Shown here in pieces: positions 14,181-27,606 of a stretch of 64,000 nt of DNA. The translations under genes and the position numbers were made by a program. The stretch spans positions 13,330,001 through 13,394,000 of the forward strand of contig CM060731.1 in NCBI GenBank assembly GCA_030704615.1, read 5' to 3'. The stretch's first letter is position 1. Every line of letters starts with the position of its first letter. The notes below the pieces were generated by a model. That model saw only the letters and a list, made by a program, of their open reading frames with translations. It was not told the DNA's origin and made no database searches. The stretch comes from Takakia lepidozioides (Eukaryota > Plantae > Bryophyta).

Positions 14181-14958
14181 TCATGCGTGTTTTGCAAGCA
14201 CTGTCAACCGGTTACATGTCTGATGGTTTATATGACTACCTCACGTGTGGTATGGTTACACACAGGGGGTTACACGGTGTTTTCTTTCTCAACATGCTAG
14301 CTTGGTAGACGGTTTAGTAATGGAGGTTTAGATGGGTTGACATGTTTGATGGGTTACGTGGATGTTGCGCTCGCGGAGCCACATAGGCTAGGGTTACATG
14401 GGTGGGGCATTACATTGACCATGTTTACCTGGAGGTTGCATACTAATGGTTTGATATGACAGGGTTACATCGATGTTGTGTTCGGGAGTCACATAGACTA
14501 GGGGTACATGAGGTTGTGACGAAGGGTTACATCATATCTGGGTACCTGACGGAGGGTTACACTCGACGTGCCTGGCATTCGAGTAACGGCCGGTTTGTCG
14601 CGCTCACAAGTGTAGGGTTACGGGTTACACTCCGCTATTCCGGGTGACACCGGGATTGCAACTCATACACGTGTGAGTCAGTGCGGATATAATTGATTGC
14701 AAGCCGCCAGATTTTAATGAACCGCCGTCTTTCGCTTAACCGACGTGCCTTACGGGTGACATCTAGCTAGCTTCGTTCTTCGTTCTTTGATCATTGTTCA
14801 GTTTTCCCCTTCTCGCAGCCATTCATATTCTTCCTGCACTCCTTGCTGTGCGTGCTCCCTGTTGTGCGTTCTTCGGAATTCTCTTGGTCTTGGTCTTTTC
14901 TTGTCTTGTCTTTTCTTGCTTGCTCTTCTCTTCTCTTCTGTCAGCTTTTTCTTTTGTC

Positions 14959-17900
14959 ATGGCTGATTGTTATTTGTTCCCTGGAGAGGCTACTATTCCA
15001 TTTGATCACTTGAAAAGGGATGGCGAACGAGTTCGCTTTTGGTACACTGAGCATGAGCATGCTACAATGATCGCGTACTGCCACACCAGGTGTAGAGAGG
15101 CCAAGGTGGAGGGAGCAAAGGGCCGGCCTAAGTTCAAATGTCCTTATTGTGGGGCAGTAAAGGTAGATAAGAGCAGATTGAATCGGCATATTGTCGATGG
15201 AACGGCCGCATGTATGGCCAGACCGAAAGGAACAAAACCGTTTCCTGATGCGGAGCTCAAGCATGCCATGGCTGTTGAAAATGTGATGAATTCTGTTCCA
15301 GCTTCTTCTGTTGATGCATATCATGCATGGATTCTGCAAAATAGGGTGGCTTTGGGTGAGATTGCAGATCCTATTGAAGTGCCTGCTGTTGTACCTTCTT
15401 CGGCTATTTCTGCTACAGAGGTTCCATCTTCTAGTGCTCCTGCTGTTTCTGTCCCTGGTCCTTCTATTCGGCAGGTTTCTAACGAGAGAGACAAGCGGCG
15501 ATTGAGCCCGCCTACCTGTCCCTATTGCAAAGAAAATCAACATTGGAAACCGGGGAAACCGGAGCTCAAGGTTCATCTTGCGAAAGAGAACTCCAGGCTC
15601 AATCCTTCTGCTACCGCATGGCCTTATTCCTCAGTTCCCATTTCCGAATGTCAATGAGAAGGGGTTTTGCCGGCATTCCAAGAATTTGTTGCGCGAGGCG
15701 AGGGCGCAGTCCATGCGACAGCTGCAAAATCAAGTTGGGTTCTATCGACAGACAATCAAGTTGGATTCCCTGCCATTTCTCTGTTTTTCAAATTTTGGGC
15801 TGTTGTCTATCCATGTAACCCTTTGTGTTACCCCCCCTGTCTCTCCTGTGGCGTGTAACCCACCCACAGAGGACCCCTTTAAAAACCCCTATGGTGTGTA
15901 ACCCACCTCTGTGTAACCCCGTGTAGCCCATCTTGTTTGTAACCCATTTTCATGTGTAACCCCTCGTGCTGTAACCTTTTTCTCTGGTGTAACCCCTCAC
16001 GCTGTATTGCGCAGGGAGTCGATATCATCTTAGAAGCGATGATATGGACAGTGTTGTTGCTGCCCACAAGGCATTTACTGCCCAGCCGGATCATGGTCCG
16101 TTAATGATAGAGGAATTGAATCGGGTGAAGGAGTATTTAGAGAGCATTGGGCATCCTGACATGCCAAAGCAGAAAAAGAAAAAAGGTGGGAGACTTACAC
16201 GAGTCCATCGAGAGAGCCAAGCCTCACATGATGATGACACGATGGACGAACTAGCTGTTGGCAATACCGACCTTGACGATGCCAGAACTTCAAATCCTCT
16301 TGTCATCACTATTACTGTAGATGGAATCAAAGGTTTGGTTGTTCCACATCCGTTGGAATTCACTCGTGGTTTTGCCGAAGGATTGATCAGTCAAATGGAG
16401 AATCTCACCGGGGAGGGGGGGGAGGAGGCAGTCATGTCAGTTTCCCAAACGCATCCCAGGTTGGGGTTCACGACTGAACTTCTGGAAAGTGCTCTTACGG
16501 CCTCAAAGGTGAAGGACCTGGTCGATGAGTATTACGGCTTTAGTCTGATGTACTTTGCACAACCTGGTGACGGAATTGCGACCTTGGATTCTGAGCTCGA
16601 AGACTTAAGATCGAGTTTGAGTACAGAAGAGTGGGGTGACCGGTCAATTAAGATCAACGGAGCTATACAGTTTTGCAAGGCAAGCCGTCGTCGCGCCGCC
16701 CATCACTTTGCGATCCAACAGAGAGAATCGTTTATCCAGCTTTGGTGTTGTGGCCTCTTCAGCGAATCACCAAGAAATGGACTTCAATGCGCGTTTGGGC
16801 ATCCAGTATATGAGAGACCTTGGGTCTGTAGTGCCTTGGTATCTCTGTAAGTGTTTACTCCATCCACTGTCACCCCTCTCGTCGTGTAACCCCTTTGTGT
16901 GTAATCTTGTAATCATTGTAACCCTCGCTATGTGGAACCTTGTAACTCAGTGTAACCCTCGTTGTGTGTAACCCTGTAATCAGTGTAACCCTCGCTATGT
17001 GGAACCTTGTACTCAGTGTAACCCTCGCTGTGTGTAATGTAACCCTCGGAGTATGTAACCCTGTAATCAGTGTACCCCTAATGGTACCCCTCGCTGTGTT
17101 ACCCTAGATTTGTTACCCTCTCGTTGTGTAATCTCAGTAGTGTAACCCATGGTAGTGTAACCCATTGCAAACTACTGTCTCTAACAGGGTGGTGTAACCC
17201 ATATCGTGTAATCCGAACCACTGTCTTGTCCTAGTCAGTGTAACCCTTACATAGTGTAACCCTTGCACTTTCAAAAACCTCGTTCCACGACTAAAACCTT
17301 TGTCTTTTCCCCGATGCAGATGAGTCCGAGCTCATGACCAATCAAGTCGCCAATGCGTTCAAAAACCTTTTTGAGGCTCAACGTGAGCTTCACGAAGTTG
17401 TGTATGGGGCCCCTCCACAATGCGATACAGGGGGCGGGGGCGCGCAGACGAGCGATGGGCCAATTTCCGCCCCGCAGAGCGACGATGTACATGACGAGGA
17501 CATCATTCCAAGTCAATCTGCCGTTGTATCTTTGTCGCAGGTTGGTGAATTGTACTCAACCCAGCTGCACTTAGGGGTGAACCTAGCAGACTTGACGCGG
17601 GATTTGCCCATGATTTCTGATACTGATACTGAAGATGATACATCAAGGTGGAACACCCAAGTGCGAACCTCTTTGTCCGCAGCCCCAGTCATTTCTTTTG
17701 AAGGTCTTAATCGAAGAATCGGGGACCCGCTTGACCCAGAGTCTGTGTATGACTTTGAATCTGGAGATGCTGGGTTGAACCCTCGATGCAGCAATGTAAG
17801 TATTTGTCAGGATCATGTGGTCAACCTCTCTCAGAATGACCCAGCCTTCGTGGGTCCCATTGATGCGCAGGGTGACTCTGCAAGGGGAGGATGCCCTGAA

Positions 17901-20303
17901 ACCGAGGGTTACACTGCACCTGAGGGTGACACTGTGCAGAGAGGAGCAGTGGGAGGTTACTGGGGTGACACTGTTCACTGGGGTGACACTGTTTACACTG
18001 CACGGGGTGTGGCTGACAATGTCGTGAGGGACATTGTCGTGGGTGACACACCATTGCCCGTGAACACTGCAACTTCCGTTGAGAGTGACATTGACATGGG
18101 TTACACTGATAGGGGTGACACCCCACAGCCAACCCACATGGTAGATGTCAGTGAGTGTAACACTGTCATGGATGACATTCCACTACCACTAGTCGTGGAA
18201 GGTGACACTCCTTTGCCACGGCCACTAGTCGCGACGGATGACGGTCTTCTGCTAGTCAACATGGTCTTGGAGGGTGCGGAGAAGGGCGACACAATCAAGG
18301 ATGGCATTGAGGAGGTTGATGCAAAGAAGAGTGACATCGACATGGGTGACACGGGGAAGGGTGTCACCGAGGAGGTTGTCAGTTGGAAAGGGTGACACAA
18401 AGCAGGGTCACACTGAGAAGCGTTTCACTGTGGAGAGTCACGAAGAGAAGGATGTTGCGGAGCATCTAGACACTGAGAAGAGTGACACTGCCAAGGTGAC
18501 ACACATAAGATTGTTACTCAGCAGAGTGACACTGGGAAGGAACCCGATGAGAAGGGTGACACTGCGAAGAGTGACACTGATAATGCGGCCAAAGAGAAGG
18601 GTGACACTGAGAAGGTAGCCGGAGAGAAGGGCGACACTGAGATGCGTGACTCTGAGGAGGTAGCTGAAGAGAAGGGTGACACTAAGAAGAGTGACACTGA
18701 GGAGGTAGCCGAAAGAAAGGGTGACATTGAGTGACACTGAGAATCGTGACACTGAGGAGGTAGCCGAAGAGAAGGGTGACACTAAGAAGCGTGACAAGGG
18801 GTTTGAACAGAAGGGTTACACTGACAGGGGTAGCACCGAGGAGGTGAGCTGTGACACTTCTGCCCTTGGTCAATCACCTCCCAGCACGTCTCAGACGAGG
18901 GAGTGCAGTCTTCAGCACTTGCAGCAAACTCAGAACAAGCACCTCTGGCTCAGAAATTCCCCCTACGGCGGCATTGTCAGGGTTGCAGAGAATCCCAGGA
19001 GGTCAAAACGGCCGCCTGCTCAAAGAAAGCGGTTGGCTGAACCCCCTAGCGCTGACAAAGAAGTATCTGTTCTTGTCGCACCCAAAAAACAGCGAACCAA
19101 ACCGAAAGGCAAAAGTGCAGGGGTCTCGGAGGTTGACGTTGTCCAGCAGCAAGAGGTCCTTGCCAAGCACTTGCGGGAGCGTTCGAGGTACCTCATTGTA
19201 CTTTGATCCTCTCTGATTTTGAATATTGATTATAACTCTTGTATGATGCATCGTAATGTTCGTAATGTGCGGTTTGTTGCAGACTAAAACAACGGTACTT
19301 GACAAAGTTCAGAATGGTGTCGGACCCTCCTGGGGCGCCCGAAGTGAAGTTTTATTATGGCGATGCCTTCCTGCTTCTAGTCCGTTACAGTTTTACTTGG
19401 AAGAGACAGATTTTGAGCCGATGTATAAAATAAGAGCAACTGTCACAGATGCATTGCTCTCGGGTTACAACAACTTCTGGAGGCCAAATTGTTTAAGGCT
19501 ATCGCACCTGAGTTTGTCATCTGTGCTCCTTTTCAATGGCATGTCATGCGTACCAATGGTAACGATCTGCAGACGCTATTCGGGTTGGTGCAAGAATGGT
19601 ACACTCAGGATGCCCGAGGGATGGTGTTCACAAAGAATCGAGATCTTGTGGACGTGGTTGTCATCCCTATTGTCTTCGAGTAAGTAATTTCAGCATTGAC
19701 TGAGCATGTTGGGTTACACTCCTCTATTCTAGACTGAGTTGCACTAGTGACTGCTGACTAGTTGTGTAACACCGTTTAGAGTTACAGTACAAGGGTTACA
19801 CTACTGGGTTACTTACACCACAATGGGTTTCATTGGAGATGTTTTTTTCTATTCTGACGTAACGGCTTTGTTTGTGTTGCAGTGATCACTGGAGTGTTGC
19901 TGTTTTAGAGCGCCGAGGTCGGATAGTACATTTGGACTCCCATAAAACCATTGCCCGACCCAAACTCATTGAAGGAATTTTGCGAAATTTTGCCATAGCG
20001 TTCTTTGATTTCATGCCTGGATCTGATGACTTCAGTTACGTCATGGAGAGGATGGAATGGTTTGAGGCCAGTGTCCCCCAACAACGGAGCTGTTGGGAGT
20101 GCGGCTATTATGCACTTTGTTTTGTGCAATTTTACTTGGAGTGGAAGTTCAATGTGAAAACCACAGAAGATCGAACCCGTCATAGGCGGGCGTTTACTGC
20201 AAGTTGGTTCAACGAGTCAACCATGATAGCTTCCCGTACTCATATGATTAGTTGGCTGTGTGACGAGATGGACAAAGACTTGGTCAGATGGCCAAAGAAA
20301 TAA
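14959..20303 (+). CDS. MULE accessory gene: two CPYC-type zinc fingers, acidic GDT-repeat region and C-terminal Ulp1/C48 SUMO-protease domain (multi-exon, several frameshifts)
   Basis: ATG at 14959. Fingers CPYCGAVKVDKSRLNRH...C and CPYCKENQHW...H. Putative introns near 15770-16014, 16847-17319, 19189-19282 and 19680-19882. Ulp1 catalytic motifs VVIPIVF/DHWSVAVL, HLDS, VPQQRSCWECGYYALCF. The single-gene model is inferred from splice signals. Confidence 0.7.
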
Positions 20304-21706
20304 ATAGCGTCTCTTGATGCATTTTTGCTTCTATGTGGTTTGTTCGTAACACTTCACAGTTTGGGTTTCATGCAATGGGCTTACATGGGGTTACACCTTA
20401 TAAGGTTACATGAAGTGGAATCATAGACAAGTACTTGGGTACACCTTTGGGCCCTGGGGCAATGGGCTTACACTCTGTGGGTTCACACATAAGTGATGGG
20501 TTACACCATGCCGGGTCTCACAACGTGGGGTTACACTTATGGGTTACATACCTGGCTATGTCAGGGTCACGTTGCTGAAACAGTATACTTTCGTGGCATG
20601 TAACCCCACCTCGACTATGCGCATTTGTTTTTTTTTTTTTTTTTCGCACTGAAGTGTTTGTGCACTGAAGTTCTCAGATTTATACTACATGGGGTTACAT
20701 ACATGAGGGCTATGTACAATGGGTTACATACGATGGGGTCACAATAGTGTGGGGGTAACATCTGGTCGGGCTACATACTTCTTGGAGTTACAACACTCTG
20801 GGTTACACTCACTCAAGAGGGTTACACAGTTCTAAGTTACACTGTGCACAATGAAAGTGGGCAGGGTTGCCTATACAAGGCTACGTGTCGTGGGGATACA
20901 TAAGATGGGTGATGTAGCATCGGGTTTATAGCGTGCACCCCAAATTGTACAATGGGTTACATGCGATGGGGTGACATCAATGGGGGTTACATGTGGTCGG
21001 GATACATACTTCTTGGGGTTACACAACAACAAGTTACACTCCGGAGGGCTACACTGGTCCATAACATAGGTTGAACGGAATGATTATCTATCTCATGGAT
21101 TACACGTCCATGGGTTACACACAAATTGGGTTACACTAGAGGGGTTACACATACAGGGGCTAGTGTTGGTGACTAAAGGTGCTCGACTTCAACATCTTCC
21201 CACTCTGTATTGAAGGGTCATGTAACCCCGGCAGACTAACCCAGACCCTGTCACATTGTAGTCACATTGTTCTCAGAGTTACACCACTGACAGCAATATT
21301 CTATGGGGTTACATACTGGGTTACACTGTTGATAGTTACATTGCAGTTACACTTGGAGTTACACCACAATGAGTTACACTGAAGAGGTTCACACTCATCT
21401 GTGTTACACTGTGTGGAGTACCACAGATGCGTTACACTAAGTAGAGCTATGTTACGTTATGAAACCCCAGACAGTGTAACCCTGCGGTGTGTCACCCCGG
21501 CCCATGGGTGTCCCATTGAGTGGGTTACATAGGTTGAATGTGGATGGAATGGCAAAGTGAATAACAACCCATGAACAGACATGTACTTCATATTAAACTT
21601 GGTGATCACAAAGTAAGTGTCATTGCCAATGGACTCAATGGTCACTTACTACGGAACCGGTCTACAAAATCTACTTTCCTGGCAAGGGACATGTTGTTTT
21701 CCATCA

Positions 21707-24700
21707 TCATTTTTTGAATGGAACTGCTTGAAGAGGGTGCAACAGACCTTTGTCGATTCTAACTTGTAAAGTGGACAGCCTCCCACGAACACAACGAAGC
21801 TCGGCAAGCAAATGTTTGCGCATTGTTTCACTCTCATTGCCAAGAAGCGACAGGGACTTCATCTCAGATTCAATTGATGAAACATCCGATGGCTCCTGCC
21901 GACCACGCTGGGATGATGCTGAGCACTCCGTAGGCTCTGCTAGATTCACAACTTCCTCCTCTGCATCAATATCTGGAAGTTCCGATTTCATCAACATGTG
22001 AAGACCTCCATGAATGGTCCCGAGCTTTGTGCCACAGAGCTTCACAATAAGCCCTTCCTTCAGATTTGGCTTCATCAATTGAAGAACGCGGATTTGATGT
22101 TTGCACAAGTTACCCTTCAAAGCCCATGGACAATCGCAACAAGCCCAGGTGGTCGCAGGTGCATAGATTGTGTAGCTTCGACCGGCCGTTTGAACACTAT
22201 CCACAATCGCCGGATGACCAGGAACAGTGGGCAAATGAACATTGACATCAGGGATCTCCCTTGCAGTCCAAACAACATTACTGATAAATTCCTCCTGTCG
22301 TACATTCCTTTTGAAGCCTTTCGATTTCAAGTTATCTCTATACCAATAGTGGGTTAGAACAGGACCCACGAGTTCGCTGATCAGCCAATCGATTCTCCTG
22401 CCATCAAGCCTTTGCTTTCCCGAGCGTAAACGAGCCTTCAAATTTCCGTGCCAAGATTCAATTGCGGCATTAGTATCCTGACTTGCGTGGGGAATATAAC
22501 GAGCCCCCGTGATCCACATGCTCAGTTTTGGGACCCATTCCATTCTGATGTAACGTAGGAAGTCACGCGCAAGCGGATAGGAATAATTCAAATCTTCCAG
22601 TCGCTCCAGCGCCCACTCTTCTGGGGTGACTCCCACACAGGCGTTAATGCCGTACATTACGTCGCCAAGCTGTTTCAAAACAGCATTGCGAGTGTATGGA
22701 TCGGGCATCTTACGCCACGAATGTTTCAGCCAAGCGCGGCGAACATGCCAAAGGCATAGAAATATTGCTACGTCCCCAAACGATTCCCTGCACGCACACA
22801 CATCAAATGCCACCCAATCCATCAGTGTAACTCTTGTCAGTGTAACTCTTATCAGAGGAACTCTTCGCAGTGTAACTCAGAAGTAAAAAGTGTCACTCTT
22901 AGTAGTGTGACTCATGTAACCCCTCGTGCATCTGGTCATGTAACTATCAGACAGCAGTGTAACCCAACACATATAACCCCTCGCAGCGCTGTAACGCAAT
23001 CCATGTTACACCGTGTAACTCTCAGAGCGACCCAACCCATACAACCCTCTGCGATGCTCCCAGTGTAACTCACATGCTATAGCAGTGCAACCTAATCCAT
23101 GTAGGACTGCGGATGACACGCCGTGTAACTCCCAGTGTAACTCGCAGTGTAACCCTCTGTCTACCTCATAGCAGTGGTAAACCCTCGGTCTAACTCACAG
23201 CAGTGTAACCCTCCGTCCAACTCAAGGCAGTATAACCATCTGTCTAACTGATAGTGTAACCCTCAGTGTAATAGACAGCACTGCAACCCAATCCATGTAA
23301 CCCCTCGAGCAACTGACAGTGTAACTCCAGTGTTACAGGCAGCAATGCACCCCCTCGTGTAACTGGCAGTTTAACTCTTACTGTGATTCTCAGTGTAACT
23401 AGCAGCAGTGTAGCCCGATCCATGAAACCCCTCGTGCATGCAACTTGTAGTGTGACTCAGAACATTGTAACTTCTAGCCGTGTACCTGATAGCATTGATT
23501 TCTGCGTCTGCATCGTCGACAACAAAAGCATTTGGCCTCCAATCTGGTTTGCTCTGAAGAAGTCGGTCGCGAAGACGTTTCATCCAGGGGCTCAAGTCAG
23601 TCGTTTTGTTTCTCGCTGATATAATATAAGCAACAGGTATGCCGTTGAGCCATTCGTCGAACACCATCATGGTATACATTGGGAACTGCAATGTCGCAAT
23701 GGTACAAAAATGAATAAGGTGAGCGTTAAAATATTGGCAACAGTTGCATGGCACTCACATTTCAGAATGCAATGAAAGGTAAAGCGTGACACGAATACCT
23801 TATTTTCGTTGGTCCCAAATGTTGCATCGCAGGATACCACACGGTTGTGTCCCAAGTCGATCATTTTCTGTTTTTGCCACTCCGTTTGTATTCCAATTAC
23901 GAACTTCAAATCACCCGCCACTGGCGCTGTCTCTTCATGGTAGAAGAAGACGCTTTCAGGATTGCTATTGACCCACATACGTACACTTTGTGCATCATCT
24001 GGATGTTTTTTTTGTAACTCTCAATCGCAAGCTTGTCGGCAATGTTTCTCACGTCGTACTCGAACAAGAAACAATCGCGACTCCACTCCATGCCTGGCTG
24101 AGACGCACAAGCTTCCTGGAGTTGTTGAGTGTGTTGTGTCATAATCATAGCTGGAGATAGGCCACTGCGAAGACTATCGACGATCCACTGTTTCATATCT
24201 TGGCTGAGACGAGGGGCATGCACGAATCGCGAGAAATGGGAAGAGGGGTCAGCTGAACCATGACATGGCTTTCCTTTTGCATCCACATGCTGTTTCTGGA
24301 AGTATGTGATGATTGCCAACTCTGAATCTAGAAAACACTGGCCAACTTTGAAGCTACACGTACACCCACGTTTGTATGACTCTCCGAAATCCGCTGCCTT
24401 ACGTCTGATTCGCTTGACTGCTGTTTGATTATCGGAGGCTGCTATCGGTTTTTCTTTTTTCTTCACAATCGGCGGGTCCGTGCGCCTATCTATCGGGCCG
24501 TAGCAGCAGTGGTACCTGCAAAAAAAGCATATAAAGCGAGGAGGGTTATCGCCATATACGACTTTGCTAGACTAGCAGAAAGAAGTGGGGCTGGGAATGT
24601 TATACAACCCTCATAAGTGACTTACTTATGCCACTGACGATAACTGTTTGCACGCGGTGTTGTCAAATCTGGCAACTCACGGTACCTTCGATCTTGAACA

Positions 24701-24997
24701 TAAAATTGGGTCTTCCCATCCACTCTACTCCTTTCTCCCTCCAGAAAGTCAGGAATGCGAGACCATGGAACGACAGCTACTTCGATGGATATCCGTTTCC
24801 CTTTTCCCTGGGAAACCTGGCGTATCCAACGGAGGTTTGTGTGATTGAAAAGCCCGTCTATGGGCAGCTGTAGGATGCATTTCAAATGAGATACCAAATG
24901 CTGCAAATGACAGAGTTCTCCCCTCATCTTTCAAACCATTTGATTCCAATGCTGCTTTGCGTTCCTCGTCTAGCACCTTCGCGGCAGCACATGCCAT
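21707..24997 (-). CDS. MULE DDE transposase with SWIM zinc finger (multi-exon; frameshifts near 24.9 kb and at the T-run near 24010)
   Basis: VPWSRIPDFLEGE, KRGCTCSF...HVDAKGKPCHG, FVIGIQTEWQ, CDATFGTN (D1), FVVDDA (D2), LCLWHVRRAW (CxxH), DTNAAIESWH (E), SWIM CDCPWALKGNLCKH. Confidence 0.88.
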
Positions 24998-25279
24998 TAG
25001 CAGCAACAATACCACCAGTACAGTACAAATCGCATAACACACGCGGCAACGCAGCGGAGCCCTCGGGACTGCACGTCGTCTACGCACCTGGTGAAAATGA
25101 CGAGCGATGATGGAGTTACACGTGGGTTTTGATGTCACCGAATCGTGTAACCCAGGTTTGAATTCAAAATATCTGACACCTCTTGGAGCCCGCCAATTTT
25201 TGCCGGGCACTAAGGGGCTACACGAACAGGGGTGACATGCGTTGGGGATAAAGGATCCGGGGTGACACGAGCTATGAGT

Positions 25280-27606
25280 GACACAATCGGGGGTTACACG
25301 GGGGGGATTGATACAGTATCGGGGTTACATGGTGGGGTTACAATGTGAGAGTTGCACAATGAGGGTTACACGAGGCGGAGCTAAAGCGCTGACGTGCAGA
25401 GGGTTACAGGGATGATGGGGTTACGAGGAACTGGAGTTACACGGAGAGGGGTATATGGGATAACATGATACAAGCTTACATTGGGGTTACACGATGCAGG
25501 ATAACATGGAGTGAGGGTTACACCTCGCGGAGTAACAGAGGGTTACATGGGTTACAAAGGGTTACAGGGTCATGGGGTTACATGGGTTACAGAGGGTGAC
25601 ATAGGGTTACATGGGAGGGTTACATGGAGTGAGGGTTACACTCAGCGGTGTTACAGAGGGATAAACGGGTTACGGAGGGTTACATGGTGGTGAGGGTTAC
25701 ACCTGGTGAGGGTTACAGAGAGTCACAGAGGGTCACATAGGGTTACATGGAGTGAGGTTACACAGGGGTGAGGGTGACACTCTACGGTGTTACAGAGGGT
25801 TACTGAGGGTTACATGGTGGTGAAGGTTACACCTGGTGAGGGTTATAGAGGGTCACAGAGGGTTACATGGAGTGAGGGTTACATGGGGTTACATGGGTTA
25901 CACACAGGGTCACAGAGGGTTACACGGGTTACGCAGGGTCACAGAGGATTACATGGGTTACAAGGAGTGAGGGATGCATAGGGATGGGGGTGACACTCTG
26001 CGGTGTTACAGAGGGTTACATGGTGGTAAGGGTACACCTAGTGAGGGATATAGAGGGTCACAGAGGGTTACATGGGTTACAGAGAGTTACAGAGGGTCAG
26101 AGAGGTTACATGGAGTGAGGATTACATAGGGGTGAGGGTGACACTGCGGTGTTACAGAGGGTTACATGGTGGTGAGGGTTACAAAGGGTCACAGAGGGTT
26201 ACATGGTTACAGAGGGTTACATGGAGTGAGGGTTACATAAGGGGTGAGGGTGACGCTCTACGGTGTTACAGAGGATTACATGGGTTACAGAGCCACGGAG
26301 GGTACGTGAGGGTTACATGGGGATGAGGGTGACACTCTGCGGTGTCACAAGGGTTTGTGTGGGTTACGGAGGGTTACAGGTGGCGAGGGTGACACTCTGC
26401 GTGTTACAGAGGGTTACATGGTGGTAAGGGTTACACCTGGTGAGGGATATAGAGAGAGGGTTACATGGAATGAGGGTTACATAGGGGAGGGTGACACTCT
26501 GCGGTGTTATAGAGGGTTACATGGTGGTGAGGGTTACAAAGGGTCACAGGGTGGGTTACAGAGGGTTACATGGAGTGAACAGGGGTGAGGGCGGTGTCAC
26601 AAGGGTTTGTGAGGGGAGGGTTACATGGTGGCGAGGGTGACACTCTGCGGTGTTACAGAGGGTTACATGGTGGTAAGGGTTACAATATAGAGGGTCACAG
26701 GGTTACATGGTGGTGAGGGTTAGAGGGTCAGAGAGGGTTACATGGTGAGGGTTACATAGGGGTGAGGTGACACTCTGCGGTGTTACAGAGGGTTACATGG
26801 TGGTGAGGGTTACAAAGACAGAGGTTACATGGGGTTACCGGAGAGGTTACATGGTTTTTGTGAGGGTTACATGGAGTGAGGGTTACATGGTGGCGAGGGT
26901 GACACTCTGCGGTGTTACAGAGGTTTACATGGAGGTAAGGGTTACACCTGGTGAGGATATAGAGGAGGCACAGAGGGTCAGAGAGGGTTACATGGAATGA
27001 GGGTTACATACGGGTGAGGGTGACACTCTGCGGTGTTACAGAGGGTTACATGGGGTGAGGGTTACAAAGGGTCACAGAGGGTTACATGGGTTACAGAGGG
27101 TGAGGGTTACATAAGGGTGAGGGCGACACTCTGCGGTGTTACAGAGGGTTACATAGGGTTACATGGGTTAAAGTGTTACAGAGGGTTACATGTAGTGAGG
27201 GTTACATAGGGGTGGGGTGACACTCTGCGGTGTTATAGAGGGTTACATGGGTTACAGAGGGTCATGGGTTATATGGGTTACAAAGGGTTACATGGTAATG
27301 TGGGTTACACTCGGCGGAGTTACAGAGGGTTACATGGGGGTGATGGTTGAACCCGGGGCGGGGGTTACAGGGAACTGGCGGACTGCTGGAAGCGGCGGAC
27401 TGGTGTCGCAGACGACGACGCAGGGGCGACGACGCGCCTGGGCGACGACGCCGATGGGATGAGGGCGAGGGTGGGGAGGGATTGACCGAGCCCAGCCAGC
27501 TGCCTTTCGATGTCTGCCGGAGGCGAAGAACCGGCGGTACGGGTGTCAGGGCTGGACCGTCCTGACGCGCTTGCATTAAGTTCTTACATTATTCCTATTA
27601 TCTTCC
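25280..27606 (-). repeat. Right subterminal (GGGTTACA)-core satellite array plus right TIR
   Basis: ~2.1 kb of GGGTTACA/GGGTGACAC units, reverse complement of the left array but about 2.5 times longer. Confidence 0.92.

Larger units (their letters stand above)
12649..27606. mobile_element. Full-length Mutator-like element (MULE), 14,958 bp, with two convergent genes
   Basis: TIR GGAAGATAATAGGAATAATGTAAGAACTTAATGCAAGCGCGTCAGGACGGTCCA... has 1 mismatch in the first 70 bp. Perfect 9-bp TSD AATAAAGGA at 12640-12648 and 27607-27615. Internal MULE/SWIM transposase and Ulp1 gene. Confidence 0.95.

Noticed and set aside
12840-27370. TGTAACCC arrays as a CRISPR array or a true telomere
   Set aside because: No unique spacers or cas genes. 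The arrays are internal to a TIR/TSD-bounded element and are not TTTAGGG.
25511-27576. Many short RVT/EGY/GLH-rich ORFs in the arms (also 13047-13244)
   Set aside because: They are translations of the satellite with no gene structure.
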